NCBI GenBank assembly: GCA_003164255.1
Contig: PLST01000180.1
Coordinates: 1,431 to 42,475, forward strand
Source of the DNA: Acidobacteriaceae bacterium
Lineage (GTDB): Bacteria; Acidobacteriota; Terriglobia; Terriglobales; Acidobacteriaceae
Reading direction: 5' to 3'
DNA: 41,045 nucleotides
In this document: piece after piece, positions 27,538-36,770 of the stretch
How the letters are laid out: every line of letters starts with the position of its first letter
How positions within the stretch are numbered: position 1 is the first letter of the stretch
Made by a program: the position numbers and the translations under genes
Notes under the pieces: model-generated
The model's database searches: none
Told to the model about the DNA's origin: nothing
The model's input: the letters and a program-made list of their open reading frames with translations, nothing else

Positions 27538-28478
27538 CCCTGGCTTCCGGTATCCTTTCGACCCTTAGCTTGGCCGACAACTTCTGGCTCGTGTTGGTGG
27601 TAATAGTCATAGCTGTAGTTGTACGATCCGGTGCGTGGTGCTTCTTTTACGCCATTGAGCACGTACCCCAGAATGCGTGAGGTGCCGAACGCGGTTTTGG
27701 TTTTTTGAGCAACTTCATACGGTGTTCTCGCGGCACGAGCAACAAGCAGCACCGCATCTGCTGCGCGGGCGAGTTCCACCGCGTCGGTAACCGCCAACAC
27801 CGGAGGAGCATCGATCACGATCCAATCAAACTGCGGAGTCAGCATCGAAATCAACTCTTCGATGCGGTGATTCGCCACTAGTTCTGAAGAATTGTCGCTC
27901 GTTTTGCCGGAAGGGATCAACGTTAAGTTGGAAATATTCCGCTCGCCCGCAGTCGCGGCGTCACCACGGCTTTTATCGCGCTGCATAATTTCAGCCAATT
28001 CCGCAGTTCCGTCAAGATAGTCCGACAGTCCCTTCGAATTGGGAGTACCCAATAACTTATGGATCGTTGGACGTCGCAGATCGGCGTCGATCAACAGAAT
28101 GTTTTGAACACTGTTGCGAGCCAGGCTAATGGCCAGATTGGCCGCGACAAAACTCTTACCATCTCCTGGCATGCCGCTGGCAATGAGGATTGTCTTCAGC
28201 GGGGTTTCATAGCGAGCCTGATAGACGTGCGAGCGGAGACTGCGAAACTGCTCAACCACTGCGCCGCGCTCAGCCAACGTCGGAAGTGAAAGCATCGACG
28301 GATTCCACGGATACTGCGCCACCTCTTCAAGCGCCACATGGACCTTCGGGGATGGGGCCTGCCGTTCCTCAAGGTCGGGAATGACCTCAGCTCGTTCCGC
28401 AACGTCTACATCTCCCGAAACAGACATCTTGCCCCGTTCGAGGTAGGCTCTTTGAAGTGCTTCGTGTATGCGGCTCAT
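27534..28478 (-). CDS. CpsD/CapB-family bacterial tyrosine kinase
   Basis: MSRIHEAL; EQFRSLR; GDGKS; LLIDADLRRP; VIDAPP; C-terminal Tyr cluster YNYSYDYY. Confidence 0.93.
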   Translation of the reverse strand: MSRIHEALQRAYLERGKMSVSGDVDVAERAEVIPDLEERQAPSPKVHVALEEVAQYPWNPSMLSLPTLAERGAVVEQFRSLRSHVYQARYETPLKTILIASGMPGDGKSFVAANLAISLARNSVQNILLIDADLRRPTIHKLLGTPNSKGLSDYLDGTAELAEIMQRDKSRGDAATAGERNISNLTLIPSGKTSDNSSELVANHRIEELISMLTPQFDWIVIDAPPVLAVTDAVELARAADAVLLVARAARTPYEVAQKTKTAFGTSRILGYVLNGVKEAPRTGSYNYSYDYYHQHEPEVVGQAKGRKDTGSQG

Positions 28479-29428
28479 AGTTCACTGTCCTCAAAGGAAT
28501 CGGCGGGGTCTGCCACCGGGTTGATACTGCCGGGGAATTCAGATGACAAACTATCCTCGTTAAAACCGGACAGAGCCATCGGCGAAAGAACAAATGGCTG
28601 CTGTTCCAGATCCAGTTCGGTGCATACCGAAACAACGATTCGCGGCGGTATTGGTTTGATCTGTTCTACGTATGCGCTGATCATTGCGTGCTCGCAGATG
28701 AGATTGATGAGGCGGGGAATTCCCTTCGAATAGCGATGGACGAGTTCGACCGCTTCGGGTGCGAAGATGGCCTGGGTGGCGCCGGCGATCCTGAGCCGCC
28801 GTGCGACGTATGCCTTGGTCTCCTCGCCGGTCAGGGACCGTGTTCTGCACCAAAGCGAGATACGCTGGCGAAGCTGGCGCACTGACGGATCGCGTAGCTT
28901 TTCCTCAAGTTCCGGCTGGCCCGAAAGGATGATCTGCACAAGCTTCTCCGACGAAGTTTCGAGATTCGTCAGTAGACGGATCTCCTCAAGCAGGTCCCAG
29001 GAGAGGTTCTGCGCTTCGTCAACAACAATGGCGCAAAGTTCACCGTTACGGAATCGATCAATCAGCCAACGGTTCAGCTGCATCAGCATGCCGGACTTTG
29101 TTACCGGCAAGTCCGGCTTGTTCCGCGGGTTGGTCGGGATGCCGAAGTCCTCAAGGACGAATTCAAGGAAGTCCAGCGTCTCCAGGCGCGGGTTAAAAAC
29201 GAACGCCGTCGAAATGCGCCTTTCGGTAAAGGAGCTCAGGACCGTCTTGAGCAGCGTCGTCTTTCCTGTTCCAACTTCTCCAGTCATGACTACGAAGCCC
29301 TTGCGCGAGGCAATGCCATACTGCAAACAGGCCAGAGCTTCCTGAACATGCGGCATCTTGTAGAGAAACCGCGGGTCGGGGCAGGCGCCGAAGGGAAAGT
29401 CGTTAATTCCGTAGAAGTATCTGTACAT
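28475..29428 (-). CDS. ExeA-family AAA ATPase (PEP-CTERM/EPS-associated type)
   Basis: PF...PDPRF; GEVGTGKTT; VVDEAQNL; LSGQPEL; RQRI; SKGIPRLINLIC. Confidence 0.92.
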   Translation of the reverse strand: MYRYFYGINDFPFGACPDPRFLYKMPHVQEALACLQYGIASRKGFVVMTGEVGTGKTTLLKTVLSSFTERRISTAFVFNPRLETLDFLEFVLEDFGIPTNPRNKPDLPVTKSGMLMQLNRWLIDRFRNGELCAIVVDEAQNLSWDLLEEIRLLTNLETSSEKLVQIILSGQPELEEKLRDPSVRQLRQRISLWCRTRSLTGEETKAYVARRLRIAGATQAIFAPEAVELVHRYSKGIPRLINLICEHAMISAYVEQIKPIPPRIVVSVCTELDLEQQPFVLSPMALSGFNEDSLSSEFPGSINPVADPADSFEDSEL

Positions 29429-29431
29429 GGC

Positions 29432-30952
29432 TTACCCCACCACGCTTTCTATGGGCTTGTCATTCCGTGAGAAAGGGTTCCAGCGCCAGCGATGTTTTTC
29501 AGGCTCGGGCAGACCGTCGATATGGGAGATGACGGCCAGGGTCGAAAGCTTTGTGAAAGCCCAGATGTCTCTCTCATTGCGCAGCGATGTGTCACGATAC
29601 TCAAGCAGCCCGGCAATCAGCAAGCCCAGGAAGAGACCGGCTAACAGGCCTCCGGACGCGAACGAACGGCGATTAGGATAGGTCGGGGACATGGGAAGGT
29701 TGGCCGCATCCATCACCCGGAACTGCTCACCCTGCTGGCGCTGCTCGAGGGCCGTCGCCATGGACGAGTCATTCATCTTTTTCAGAAGCGAGTTGTAGAA
29801 GTCCACAGCCGTCTGATGATCGCGAGTGATCTCCTTATACTGTTCCTCCACCTGCGGAGTGGACTCAACCTTTGTTTCGTAGCTGCGAATCTGACCCTCG
29901 ATCCGAGACTGTTCCTGCTTTCCGTCGACGAGGGCTTGTTGCGCCGCGTGTAGTTGAGCCTTGAGCTGTTGAAGTTGCGGCGGGTCAGGGCGGTTGACGA
30001 CGGGGGCGACAGGGGCCGGAGCCGGCTCGCCGGCAGCACGTGCAATCGCAGCCTGTAAATCGGCAATCTTGCGCGAGACTTCCACCACATCCGGGTGGTC
30101 CGGCGTATATTGTGCCTCCAGCGTCTGCCTTTGCAGCATCAGAGCCTTGAGTTCGGTTTTGCGCTCATCTACAAGAGCCCCAGCGGCCGCGGGTTCCGAG
30201 TTTTGCAGGTCGTGCGTTTGTTGCGCGACCATTGTCTGCAAGAAGGTTACATCCTGCTGCTGCCGATTCACTGACTGCGTTACTGCGTCAAGCTGGGTTG
30301 TCAGTGACTGAAGGGTGTTCGAGTTGGACTGTTCCTGGTCTGGGAGCATCCCGAAGTATTTTTGCTGGAAGGCTGCGAGCTTGGCGTCCTGATCGTCAAG
30401 GTTCTTCTTTGAGTCGGCGAGCTGCTGCTTCAAAAAGTCGGTCGTGCCTTCTGCAGATGCCTCGCGCGCACTTTGATTCTCGCTGATGAATAGTGACACG
30501 ATCTCCCCGCAAACCTCTTGTGCCACATGCGGATCCTGCGCCGTGAACGTAATGTAAAAACCGGGCATTCCACCCGATTGGCCGGAGGGAATCGATTTGA
30601 TCCCGATTGCCTGCTGCATCATATTGACGCGGTCGTCCATGCTTGCCTTGCCATCGGCAAACAAATTGAATTTCTCGATGATCGGCTCAACCCGCGAACG
30701 GCTCAGAATCTGTTCCTTCATCGAAGCCAGGCGAGAGTTGAGATCTTGTTCAACAACCGGCTTGACATAATCCTCCGGAATCTTCTGCTGCTCGATAAGG
30801 ATCAATGTCTGCGACTGGTATTTGGGGGTAACAAAATGGGCCAGCGCGATCCCTGCCGCCAGTAGAATCACCACGGTTGTCAGAATCAGCCAGATTCGCC
30901 GCTTCAGAATCTCGGCATAATCTTCCATTGTTAATTCACGATGCCCAAGCAT
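29432..30952 (-). CDS. Polysaccharide co-polymerase / chain-length determinant (GumC/Wzz-like)
   Basis: GGAG RBS before ATG 30952; two TMs around a long coiled coil; YTPDHPDV; GEQFRVMDAANLP..P. Confidence 0.9.
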   Translation of the reverse strand: MLGHRELTMEDYAEILKRRIWLILTTVVILLAAGIALAHFVTPKYQSQTLILIEQQKIPEDYVKPVVEQDLNSRLASMKEQILSRSRVEPIIEKFNLFADGKASMDDRVNMMQQAIGIKSIPSGQSGGMPGFYITFTAQDPHVAQEVCGEIVSLFISENQSAREASAEGTTDFLKQQLADSKKNLDDQDAKLAAFQQKYFGMLPDQEQSNSNTLQSLTTQLDAVTQSVNRQQQDVTFLQTMVAQQTHDLQNSEPAAAGALVDERKTELKALMLQRQTLEAQYTPDHPDVVEVSRKIADLQAAIARAAGEPAPAPVAPVVNRPDPPQLQQLKAQLHAAQQALVDGKQEQSRIEGQIRSYETKVESTPQVEEQYKEITRDHQTAVDFYNSLLKKMNDSSMATALEQRQQGEQFRVMDAANLPMSPTYPNRRSFASGGLLAGLFLGLLIAGLLEYRDTSLRNERDIWAFTKLSTLAVISHIDGLPEPEKHRWRWNPFSRNDKPIESVVG

Positions 30953-30968
30953 AGAACTCCTTGAAGGT

Positions 30969-32207
30969 TTACTGCTTTCCGCGAGGTTCGCGAGGTGAAT
31001 ACCCAACGCCGAAGCCAATTACCTGCAGCAGCTGATTCAGAGCGCTGCTGGGAAGTGGGGAAGTTGTCGTCTGATTTTCTCCAGTGTAGTTGGCGAATAC
31101 GATGATGCTACGGCCCAGATGCCAGGTAGTCTCTGCTCCCCCAAACGTGCCGTTAGTTGTACCGTTATTATTCAGCCCGGCAGTCCGCCGGAATCCTCCT
31201 GACAGCCCGAGTGTGAAATTCATTCCAAAATCGCGCGACAGGCCTCCCGTTAGTGAATCGACCTGGCCCCCGATCAGGTAACCCGCTCCGCCGTTGGCGC
31301 CGCGGCTGTAGCCCACACTCGCTGATGCAAAGCGCAACCGATAGGAGACTGCCGCATTTGCGGCAACGTTTGTCGAAGAAGGCACGACTGTAGTAGTCGA
31401 ACTGGTGATCCACTGCGGCCCTCCGGCAACAGTCGTAGTCAGGTTCCTGGTCCACTTGCGTTCCGCGCCGAAGAGCGCTGCGTTCATCTCGAACGTATCG
31501 CTGTATCCCGGGTAACTGAACTGAGAAAACAAATAGCTGCCAGATAAAGCGTTCCGCCCATTCAGTTGCCGCATGAACAGCGCATTCGCTGATAGCGAGT
31601 TCGTATTCAATCCGTCATTGTTAGGGAATCGAAGCAATCCAAAGCCCCCGCCAAAGCTTAAGGTTGTGGCGGCGCTCGGGGCATATGACAGCTCGCCCGC
31701 CGTGATGTTGCTGAGCGCGTGTGTATTCAGCGTCAGAATCGACTCACTGGAGGAGGGGGGAGCCGGGCTGGTGCCACCGATCGGCTCACCTGTTCCCGGG
31801 ATGCCCGAGAAGCCCGTGGTTGGAGATTGCGGAAGATAGCTGACGTCGTCGCTCAGAAGCAGCTTCCACTGGCGAGAAGCAATACCCTGCGCGAGAAAGA
31901 GGCGATGAAATTGGCCACTCTGGTAATCTGGCCCGGTTAGCGTCCAGGTGTAGCCGCCTGCGTAGTCCAGGGTGAACGGCAGGTGCTCGTTACTACTTTC
32001 ATAACCGATCGATCCTGAAACTGTGCTCGTCTGCCAGTCAGGGAAGCTCGTGCTGAACTCACCCGTCTCCGCGTAGCGCACGGCGTACTGCAGCTTCTCG
32101 CTCGCCTTCAAAGTGCCAGGGCCGGTCGCCTCAGGCACAACCTGCGCATGCCCTGCAATGCACAAGGTAACCAAGAACCCAGCCAGAAATTTCAAAGTTG
32201 TTTTCAT
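30969..32207 (-). CDS. Outer-membrane beta-barrel protein of the EPS export system
   Basis: Signal peptide ending AHA-Q; amphipathic beta-strand pattern; terminal IGFGVGY; lies between the OPX and co-polymerase genes. Confidence 0.75.
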   Translation of the reverse strand: MKTTLKFLAGFLVTLCIAGHAQVVPEATGPGTLKASEKLQYAVRYAETGEFSTSFPDWQTSTVSGSIGYESSNEHLPFTLDYAGGYTWTLTGPDYQSGQFHRLFLAQGIASRQWKLLLSDDVSYLPQSPTTGFSGIPGTGEPIGGTSPAPPSSSESILTLNTHALSNITAGELSYAPSAATTLSFGGGFGLLRFPNNDGLNTNSLSANALFMRQLNGRNALSGSYLFSQFSYPGYSDTFEMNAALFGAERKWTRNLTTTVAGGPQWITSSTTTVVPSSTNVAANAAVSYRLRFASASVGYSRGANGGAGYLIGGQVDSLTGGLSRDFGMNFTLGLSGGFRRTAGLNNNGTTNGTFGGAETTWHLGRSIIVFANYTGENQTTTSPLPSSALNQLLQVIGFGVGYSPREPRGKQ

Positions 32208-32217
32208 CTCATTCACC

Positions 32218-32865
32218 TTACGGAACCACAATCGTATCGCCGGGCTTCAACGGCAGGTTGAGCGTACCGTCGCCTTTCAATGCTTCCTTGTAACGCACCG
32301 GAATTCTCTGCTGCGATCCCGATTCGGTCCGCAGAATGTAGATCTTCTTCTTATTCGCAAAATCCGTAAGACCGCCGGCGCTGGAAATCGCTTCTAGCAG
32401 CGTCATGCCAGGGGCCATCTCTACTGGCCCTTTCTTTGAGACCTCGCCCAGCATGTAAACAACCTTGCTGTGGATCTGAGAAACAACCACCGAGACATTT
32501 GGATCCTGGATGTATTTCTTGAGCTTCGTCGAGATCTGGTCTGCGAGCTGGGTGGGGGACATTCCCGATGCCTGAACGTCACCGAGCAGCGACAGTGAGA
32601 TCATGCCGTCAGGTCGTACGAGGATTGATCCCGACAGCGTCGGCTCCTTCCAAACGGTGACGGTCAGCACATCGGCTGCGCCGATTACATAACTGTCAGC
32701 AGTTAGTCCAGGCGTTGCTGCAGGCGTCTGGGCAGTCTGCGCTGCTGGCGGCGTCTGTGCAGGCTGCGAGGTCTGTGTGGGCGGCACCTCCGCCTGTTTC
32801 ATCATGCCGTGACCAAAGAAGCTTCCGAGATAAACCGCTAGAATTATCAGATTTGTTGAGTTCAT
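32218..32865 (-). CDS. wza: Polysaccharide export (OPX) protein, short periplasmic form (Poly_export + SLBB)
   Basis: YVIGAADVL.V.VW; VRPDGMISL; GEV.K.G; MTLLEAISSAGG; LKPGDTIVVP; no lipobox and no C-terminal membrane helix. Confidence 0.9.
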   Translation of the reverse strand: MNSTNLIILAVYLGSFFGHGMMKQAEVPPTQTSQPAQTPPAAQTAQTPAATPGLTADSYVIGAADVLTVTVWKEPTLSGSILVRPDGMISLSLLGDVQASGMSPTQLADQISTKLKKYIQDPNVSVVVSQIHSKVVYMLGEVSKKGPVEMAPGMTLLEAISSAGGLTDFANKKKIYILRTESGSQQRIPVRYKEALKGDGTLNLPLKPGDTIVVP

Positions 32866-33797
32866 AGTACGGCTCCGTTCTTGACAGGGGCAGGTTGGTA
32901 TTCTGTTCCAACCTGCTTGAGCTTGTACAAAAGCGCCTTATAGCTAATCCCCAGTTCATCCGCGGCCCGTTTGCGATTACCCCCGGTCGCAACCAGTACC
33001 TCGGATATCAATTGGCGCTCAATCTGTGTTGAAGCCGCCCGCGTTGCTTCCTTTAGCGACGGGAGCTTTCGATGTCCATTTGACTTTGCCGTTGAGGCGG
33101 CTGCTTTCAGGGCGGCCAGCGATATCGACTGATCGCCAATGGCAACAAACGTCTTAATAGCGGTCTGCAGCTCTGAAAGGTTCTCGGGCCACGTGTGCTC
33201 CATCAGGTACCCGATGATCTCCTCTCGTAAAACCGGCTTCGGACGGTCAAATTGCTTCGAATACTGTGCAAGAAGCTCGTCGGCGATAGAAAGGATCTCC
33301 AACTTCCTGCAGCGCAAGGGCGAAATGCGGAGTGTGATGGCCGAAACCAGGTAATAAAAATCTTCTCGCATGCGGCCGGATTTTACTTCCCCAAAAAGTT
33401 CGCGGCTCGTACCACAAAGGAGGCGGCTTGCCTGCGTCTGATCCGAATGAAAGTAGGAGCTGATAATCAACTCCTGCAAGGCGAGGCTCAAATCTCCAAT
33501 CTCCCTCAAATATACTGTTCCCTTGAGCGAAAAAGCCGACTGAACGGCCTGTTCATCGGCATCGCCGCTGCAAATCTCGGTGAACAACCCCCGAGAACCG
33601 TGCGACTGAGCGTGGATCTGTCTGGCAACTGAGCGCTTGCCCACCCCGTGCTCGCCCTGAATCAAAATCGGGCAGTCGCTATCGCTGACGCGGGCAATCG
33701 CGCGCTGAAGATGAACGTCGATTGGCGACAACTGCTTTGTCGACCGTTTAGCGACCTGGATTGGGGTGTTACTCCCCATGGGCGGTTCTTGACTCAC
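32862..33797 (-). CDS. Degenerate sigma54-activator-like regulator with intact HTH (bEBP-3), first gene of the EPS operon; alternative start ATG 33779
   Basis: Walker A GEHGVGKR; no ESELFG/GAFTGA loop; Walker B YLREI; REDFYYLVS; WPENLSEL; HTH GGNRKRAADELGISYKALLYK; 4-bp overlap with wza. Confidence 0.88.
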   Translation of the reverse strand: MSQEPPMGSNTPIQVAKRSTKQLSPIDVHLQRAIARVSDSDCPILIQGEHGVGKRSVARQIHAQSHGSRGLFTEICSGDADEQAVQSAFSLKGTVYLREIGDLSLALQELIISSYFHSDQTQASRLLCGTSRELFGEVKSGRMREDFYYLVSAITLRISPLRCRKLEILSIADELLAQYSKQFDRPKPVLREEIIGYLMEHTWPENLSELQTAIKTFVAIGDQSISLAALKAAASTAKSNGHRKLPSLKEATRAASTQIERQLISEVLVATGGNRKRAADELGISYKALLYKLKQVGTEYQPAPVKNGAVL

Positions 33798-33808
33798 GCA
33801 CCTACCCT

Positions 33809-33824
33809 AGCAATACCGATTCCA
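33809..33824 (-). promoter_or_regulatory. sigma54 promoter of the main EPS operon
   Basis: Minus strand TGGAATCGGTATTGCT (GG-N10-GC, TTGCT); predicted +1 near 33798. Confidence 0.7.
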
Positions 33825-33908
33825 AACCTCAGAAGGCCAGGTGGTATTGGAATTTCATGCTGAATATCCCCACTTTGGCACAGTTCTTGGAGAAGGGGCT
33901 GCTAAATA

Positions 33909-33924
33909 GGGAAATGTTTTTCCC
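33909..33924. promoter_or_regulatory. Inverted repeat GGGAAA-N4-TTTCCC, candidate enhancer
   Basis: Perfect arms 85 bp upstream of the sigma54 box; same pattern as TGGAAA-N4-TTTCCA at 33965-33980. Confidence 0.5.
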
Positions 33925-33959
33925 ATCAAGTAGCCATCATTGTGACATCGAATTCCCAT

Positions 33960-33980
33960 GGAAGTGGAAAAAGTTTTCCA
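33960..33980 (+). promoter_or_regulatory. Candidate enhancer (UAS) GGAAGTGGAAAAAGTTTTCCA, copy 2
   Basis: 17/19 identical to 11738-11756; contains palindrome TGGAAAA-AG-TTTTCCA. Confidence 0.5.
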
Positions 33981-34117
33981 TCTACCAGGGAAAACCTGTC
34001 ATCGACACCGATCCAGTAATTGGCAATCACCTTGGAGTGAACCTTCCCAACCTTGGCGCCCCAAATTGCTAGGGACGATGTAACCTACGAACGTGCGAAA
34101 GGTCTCTTACCGATATC

Positions 34118-34480
34118 ATGGCTCAGACCATTCAGGCTCAGAAGCTTTCCGCTAATCGATGCTCGCTTCGGCGCGTCCATTTTGCATCCAGATTCGTGCT
34201 TTTGGGTATGCTGCTGGGGGTAGTTTATTACGGCGCCGTGGTTAGAATGGTGAATATCTGGCCGCAAACCCCCTACGGTTCCTGCGGCTTTTTGATACCG
34301 CTTCTTGCTTGCTACCGGGCGTGGTATAAGGATCAAGTTATTCATAATAAAATAGTTGTGCAAGAGGACGTCGGAGTTGCAATCACTGCCTCCGGGTTGC
34401 GGCCATTTGTCATCGGAATCCGACAAACGCAACCCCGGCATTCACTTGAACACGGTCACTTCCCTCGGGCGACCTTCTGA
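34118..34480 (+). pseudogene. Decayed, truncated exosortase (N-terminal remnant)
   Basis: VVYYGAVVRMVNIWPQTPYGSCGFLIPLLACYRAWYK...GVAITASGL resembles the exosortase N-terminus (Y...LV..W....YSHGFL.P....Y..W); only 120 codons; charged residues interrupt the predicted TMs. Confidence 0.6.
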
Positions 34481-34624
34481 GACTGCTTCGCTCTCTAGGA
34501 CAGCCCTGAAAAGACTGCGCTAGAGTGTAACGAGTGGCATGATGAACCTCTTCACAGTCTGAAAGATTCCCTGGACATAGAAGACCAACACCAGGAGGCC
34601 CCCCGGGCCAGAGATGGAATTGTA

Positions 34625-36157
34625 ATGTCGAACACGAAGACGATCGCTAAGAATACAGGATGGTACGGCCTCGAGAGGCTGATCAATGCAATTCTCACGG
34701 TTTGTACGTCGATTGCGATCGCCCGGACCCTTGGTCCAGCGAAAATGGGTTACATCATCTACGTTTCTTGGATCGCGTCCATGGTTGGCGAACTGGGCGG
34801 ACTGGGTATTCCCGCAACCACTCGAAAGTACATGGCGGAGTTCCTCGGGATGGGCGACCGGGGAACAGCACGGTACATTTTTTTCCGCACATTGGGTCTG
34901 CAGGCGGCGCTCGCGACTGTTGTCACGGGTGGACTTCTTGTCTGGGTTCTCAGGGATGCCGCCGGCGACTACAAGCTGGCCTCGGCGCTGATTGTTCTCA
35001 GCATCTGGCCGGCCATGGTGAACTCCATCCCGGCGCAAGCGAATGTCGCGGCTGAGGAAATGTCGAAAAACCTGCCGGCTTCCTCTATTTCCATCCTCAT
35101 TTACTTCGCCATGATTATCGCCACAGTGGTCTTCCATTGGGGAGTCGTTGGCGTCGGCGCGTCCATGCTCCTTATGCGTCTTACTGATTTTTTGTTACGT
35201 CTTTTCCCCACCTTGACCGGCGTCCTCTTGTGGGAGACTACCCATGTTCAGCCGGTAGGATTGGGCAACAGGATGTTGTCTTTTGCCTGGCAGAGCGTCG
35301 CCATCATGATTGTTGAAATGGTCGTTTGGCAGCGGTCGGAGTTTATCCTGCTCAAACATCTCTGCGCCGATATCCGCCAGGTCGCGTTTTACTCCGTTGC
35401 CTTCAGCATGGCCGAGTGTCTTTTGATCAGCGCACAGATTTTCGGCTCCGCGGCAGGCGCCACCATCTTTGCCCAATATGGCCGCGACAAGTCCAGACTT
35501 CCAAGCATCACGGCATCCACTTTTCGCTACCTTGCCCTCACGTCGATTCCGCTTCATTTTATTGCCGCGGCCCTCGCGGCGCCGGCCTTGCTTGTTGTTT
35601 ATGGCAAGCAGTACGTGGGCGCTGCAATGGTTGTTACCATTGCCCCCCTCCTCTGCCTGCCCAAGGCCTTTATCGGGCCCATACAGGGCCTTCTGCAGAG
35701 CTACGAGCGGCAGACCGTCATTATTTTTGCGATGGTGCTCGCTAGCATCGTCGATATCGGCGTCGCCTGGTACCTCATTCCCGCGCACGGGGCGGTTGGC
35801 GCGTGCATCGGCAGCGGCGCGGCGGAGATCACCGCCATCGGCCTGATGTGGGCGATCGCTATACATCTTTACGAGGTGAAGCTCCCCTGGGTCTTCCTGG
35901 CAAAGGTCCTATTCATTAGTGTGGCGGCGTCGCTCACCGCCCACTACATCGCCATCCTCCTCGCCCCACTTTTGGGGATTCTGTGCGGCGGAAGCGCCGC
36001 AGTGGCTGTCCTCTTTGGGCTGCTCATCCTGATGCGCGCCTTGAATCCAGAGGACCAAGAACGCTTCAACACCCTCACAGCCTCACTGCCGAAGCGAGTC
36101 TCCGGGCCGGTCAATAAGGCTTTGGGGCTGCTGTGTCGGCCGGCATTTGCACGATGA
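34625..36157 (+). CDS. wzx: Oligosaccharide flippase (Wzx, MOP superfamily)
   Basis: 510 aa with about 14 TMs; IAKNT; IARTLGP...G; LIPAHGAVGA. Confidence 0.9.
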   Translation: MSNTKTIAKNTGWYGLERLINAILTVCTSIAIARTLGPAKMGYIIYVSWIASMVGELGGLGIPATTRKYMAEFLGMGDRGTARYIFFRTLGLQAALATVVTGGLLVWVLRDAAGDYKLASALIVLSIWPAMVNSIPAQANVAAEEMSKNLPASSISILIYFAMIIATVVFHWGVVGVGASMLLMRLTDFLLRLFPTLTGVLLWETTHVQPVGLGNRMLSFAWQSVAIMIVEMVVWQRSEFILLKHLCADIRQVAFYSVAFSMAECLLISAQIFGSAAGATIFAQYGRDKSRLPSITASTFRYLALTSIPLHFIAAALAAPALLVVYGKQYVGAAMVVTIAPLLCLPKAFIGPIQGLLQSYERQTVIIFAMVLASIVDIGVAWYLIPAHGAVGACIGSGAAEITAIGLMWAIAIHLYEVKLPWVFLAKVLFISVAASLTAHYIAILLAPLLGILCGGSAAVAVLFGLLILMRALNPEDQERFNTLTASLPKRVSGPVNKALGLLCRPAFAR

Positions 36158-36525
36158 ACGTCTTTCTTATCCAACATGGAGGCCCGCGGATCCTACATGG
36201 CCCATTCAGTGACTCCACGGTTGCGTTAGGGTCGGAGAGCGCATTAAGGTGCGCGCCTAGCTACTCTTCGTCAAGCGTCTTCCCAGGTCCGGGCAATTGC
36301 CGACAAGGAGTTCTCGGCCGGCCACGGCAATGGAGAACCGGTCAAATCCTGAGGTCTCCCCGACTCTTCACAGGAAGATAGGATTAAGGCGAGCCAGTCT
36401 CTCGTTCAGCAGGCATTCGTTCGGCTGAAGCGGCATGCAGGAATGAGCCAGGGACTCCGGCGCCTTTCAATCAGACATAAAGAGCCGTCGCGCGTTTTTC
36501 ACAAGATGCTTCCAACCGTAATTCG

Positions 36526-36770
36526 GTCGATCCTGAAAAAGTCGCGTTTTAGTTGTTTCGCATTTCATCTGCTGGCCGATGGGAACCTGGACGGAGTGAA
36601 ATTGCCCCAGATGTCCAGCAGGCTGGAGATAAAATTACGACAAATGCTCCGGGGAGCTTGTGAAAGTTCATAGCCGTGGCCGCCAGCACGGCGTTGATCG
36701 CATCGCTCGCAACGCCCTTCAGCCAATTGCGCTCCATCTGGTATGCCAGCTTCAGATGTCCGACGGAGAT
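36526..36770 (-). mobile_element. IS5-family remnant (transposase C-terminus plus probable right end)
   Basis: GHLK...MERNWLKG...DAINAVLAATAMNFHKL resembles IS5 DDE C-termini; minus-strand TTTTTCAGGATCGAC at 36526-36540 looks like a terminal repeat. Confidence 0.75.

Noticed and set aside
34333-34347. IHF-like sequence inside the exosortase remnant
   Set aside because: Mismatches to consensus in both orientations and no properly spaced sigma54 box downstream.
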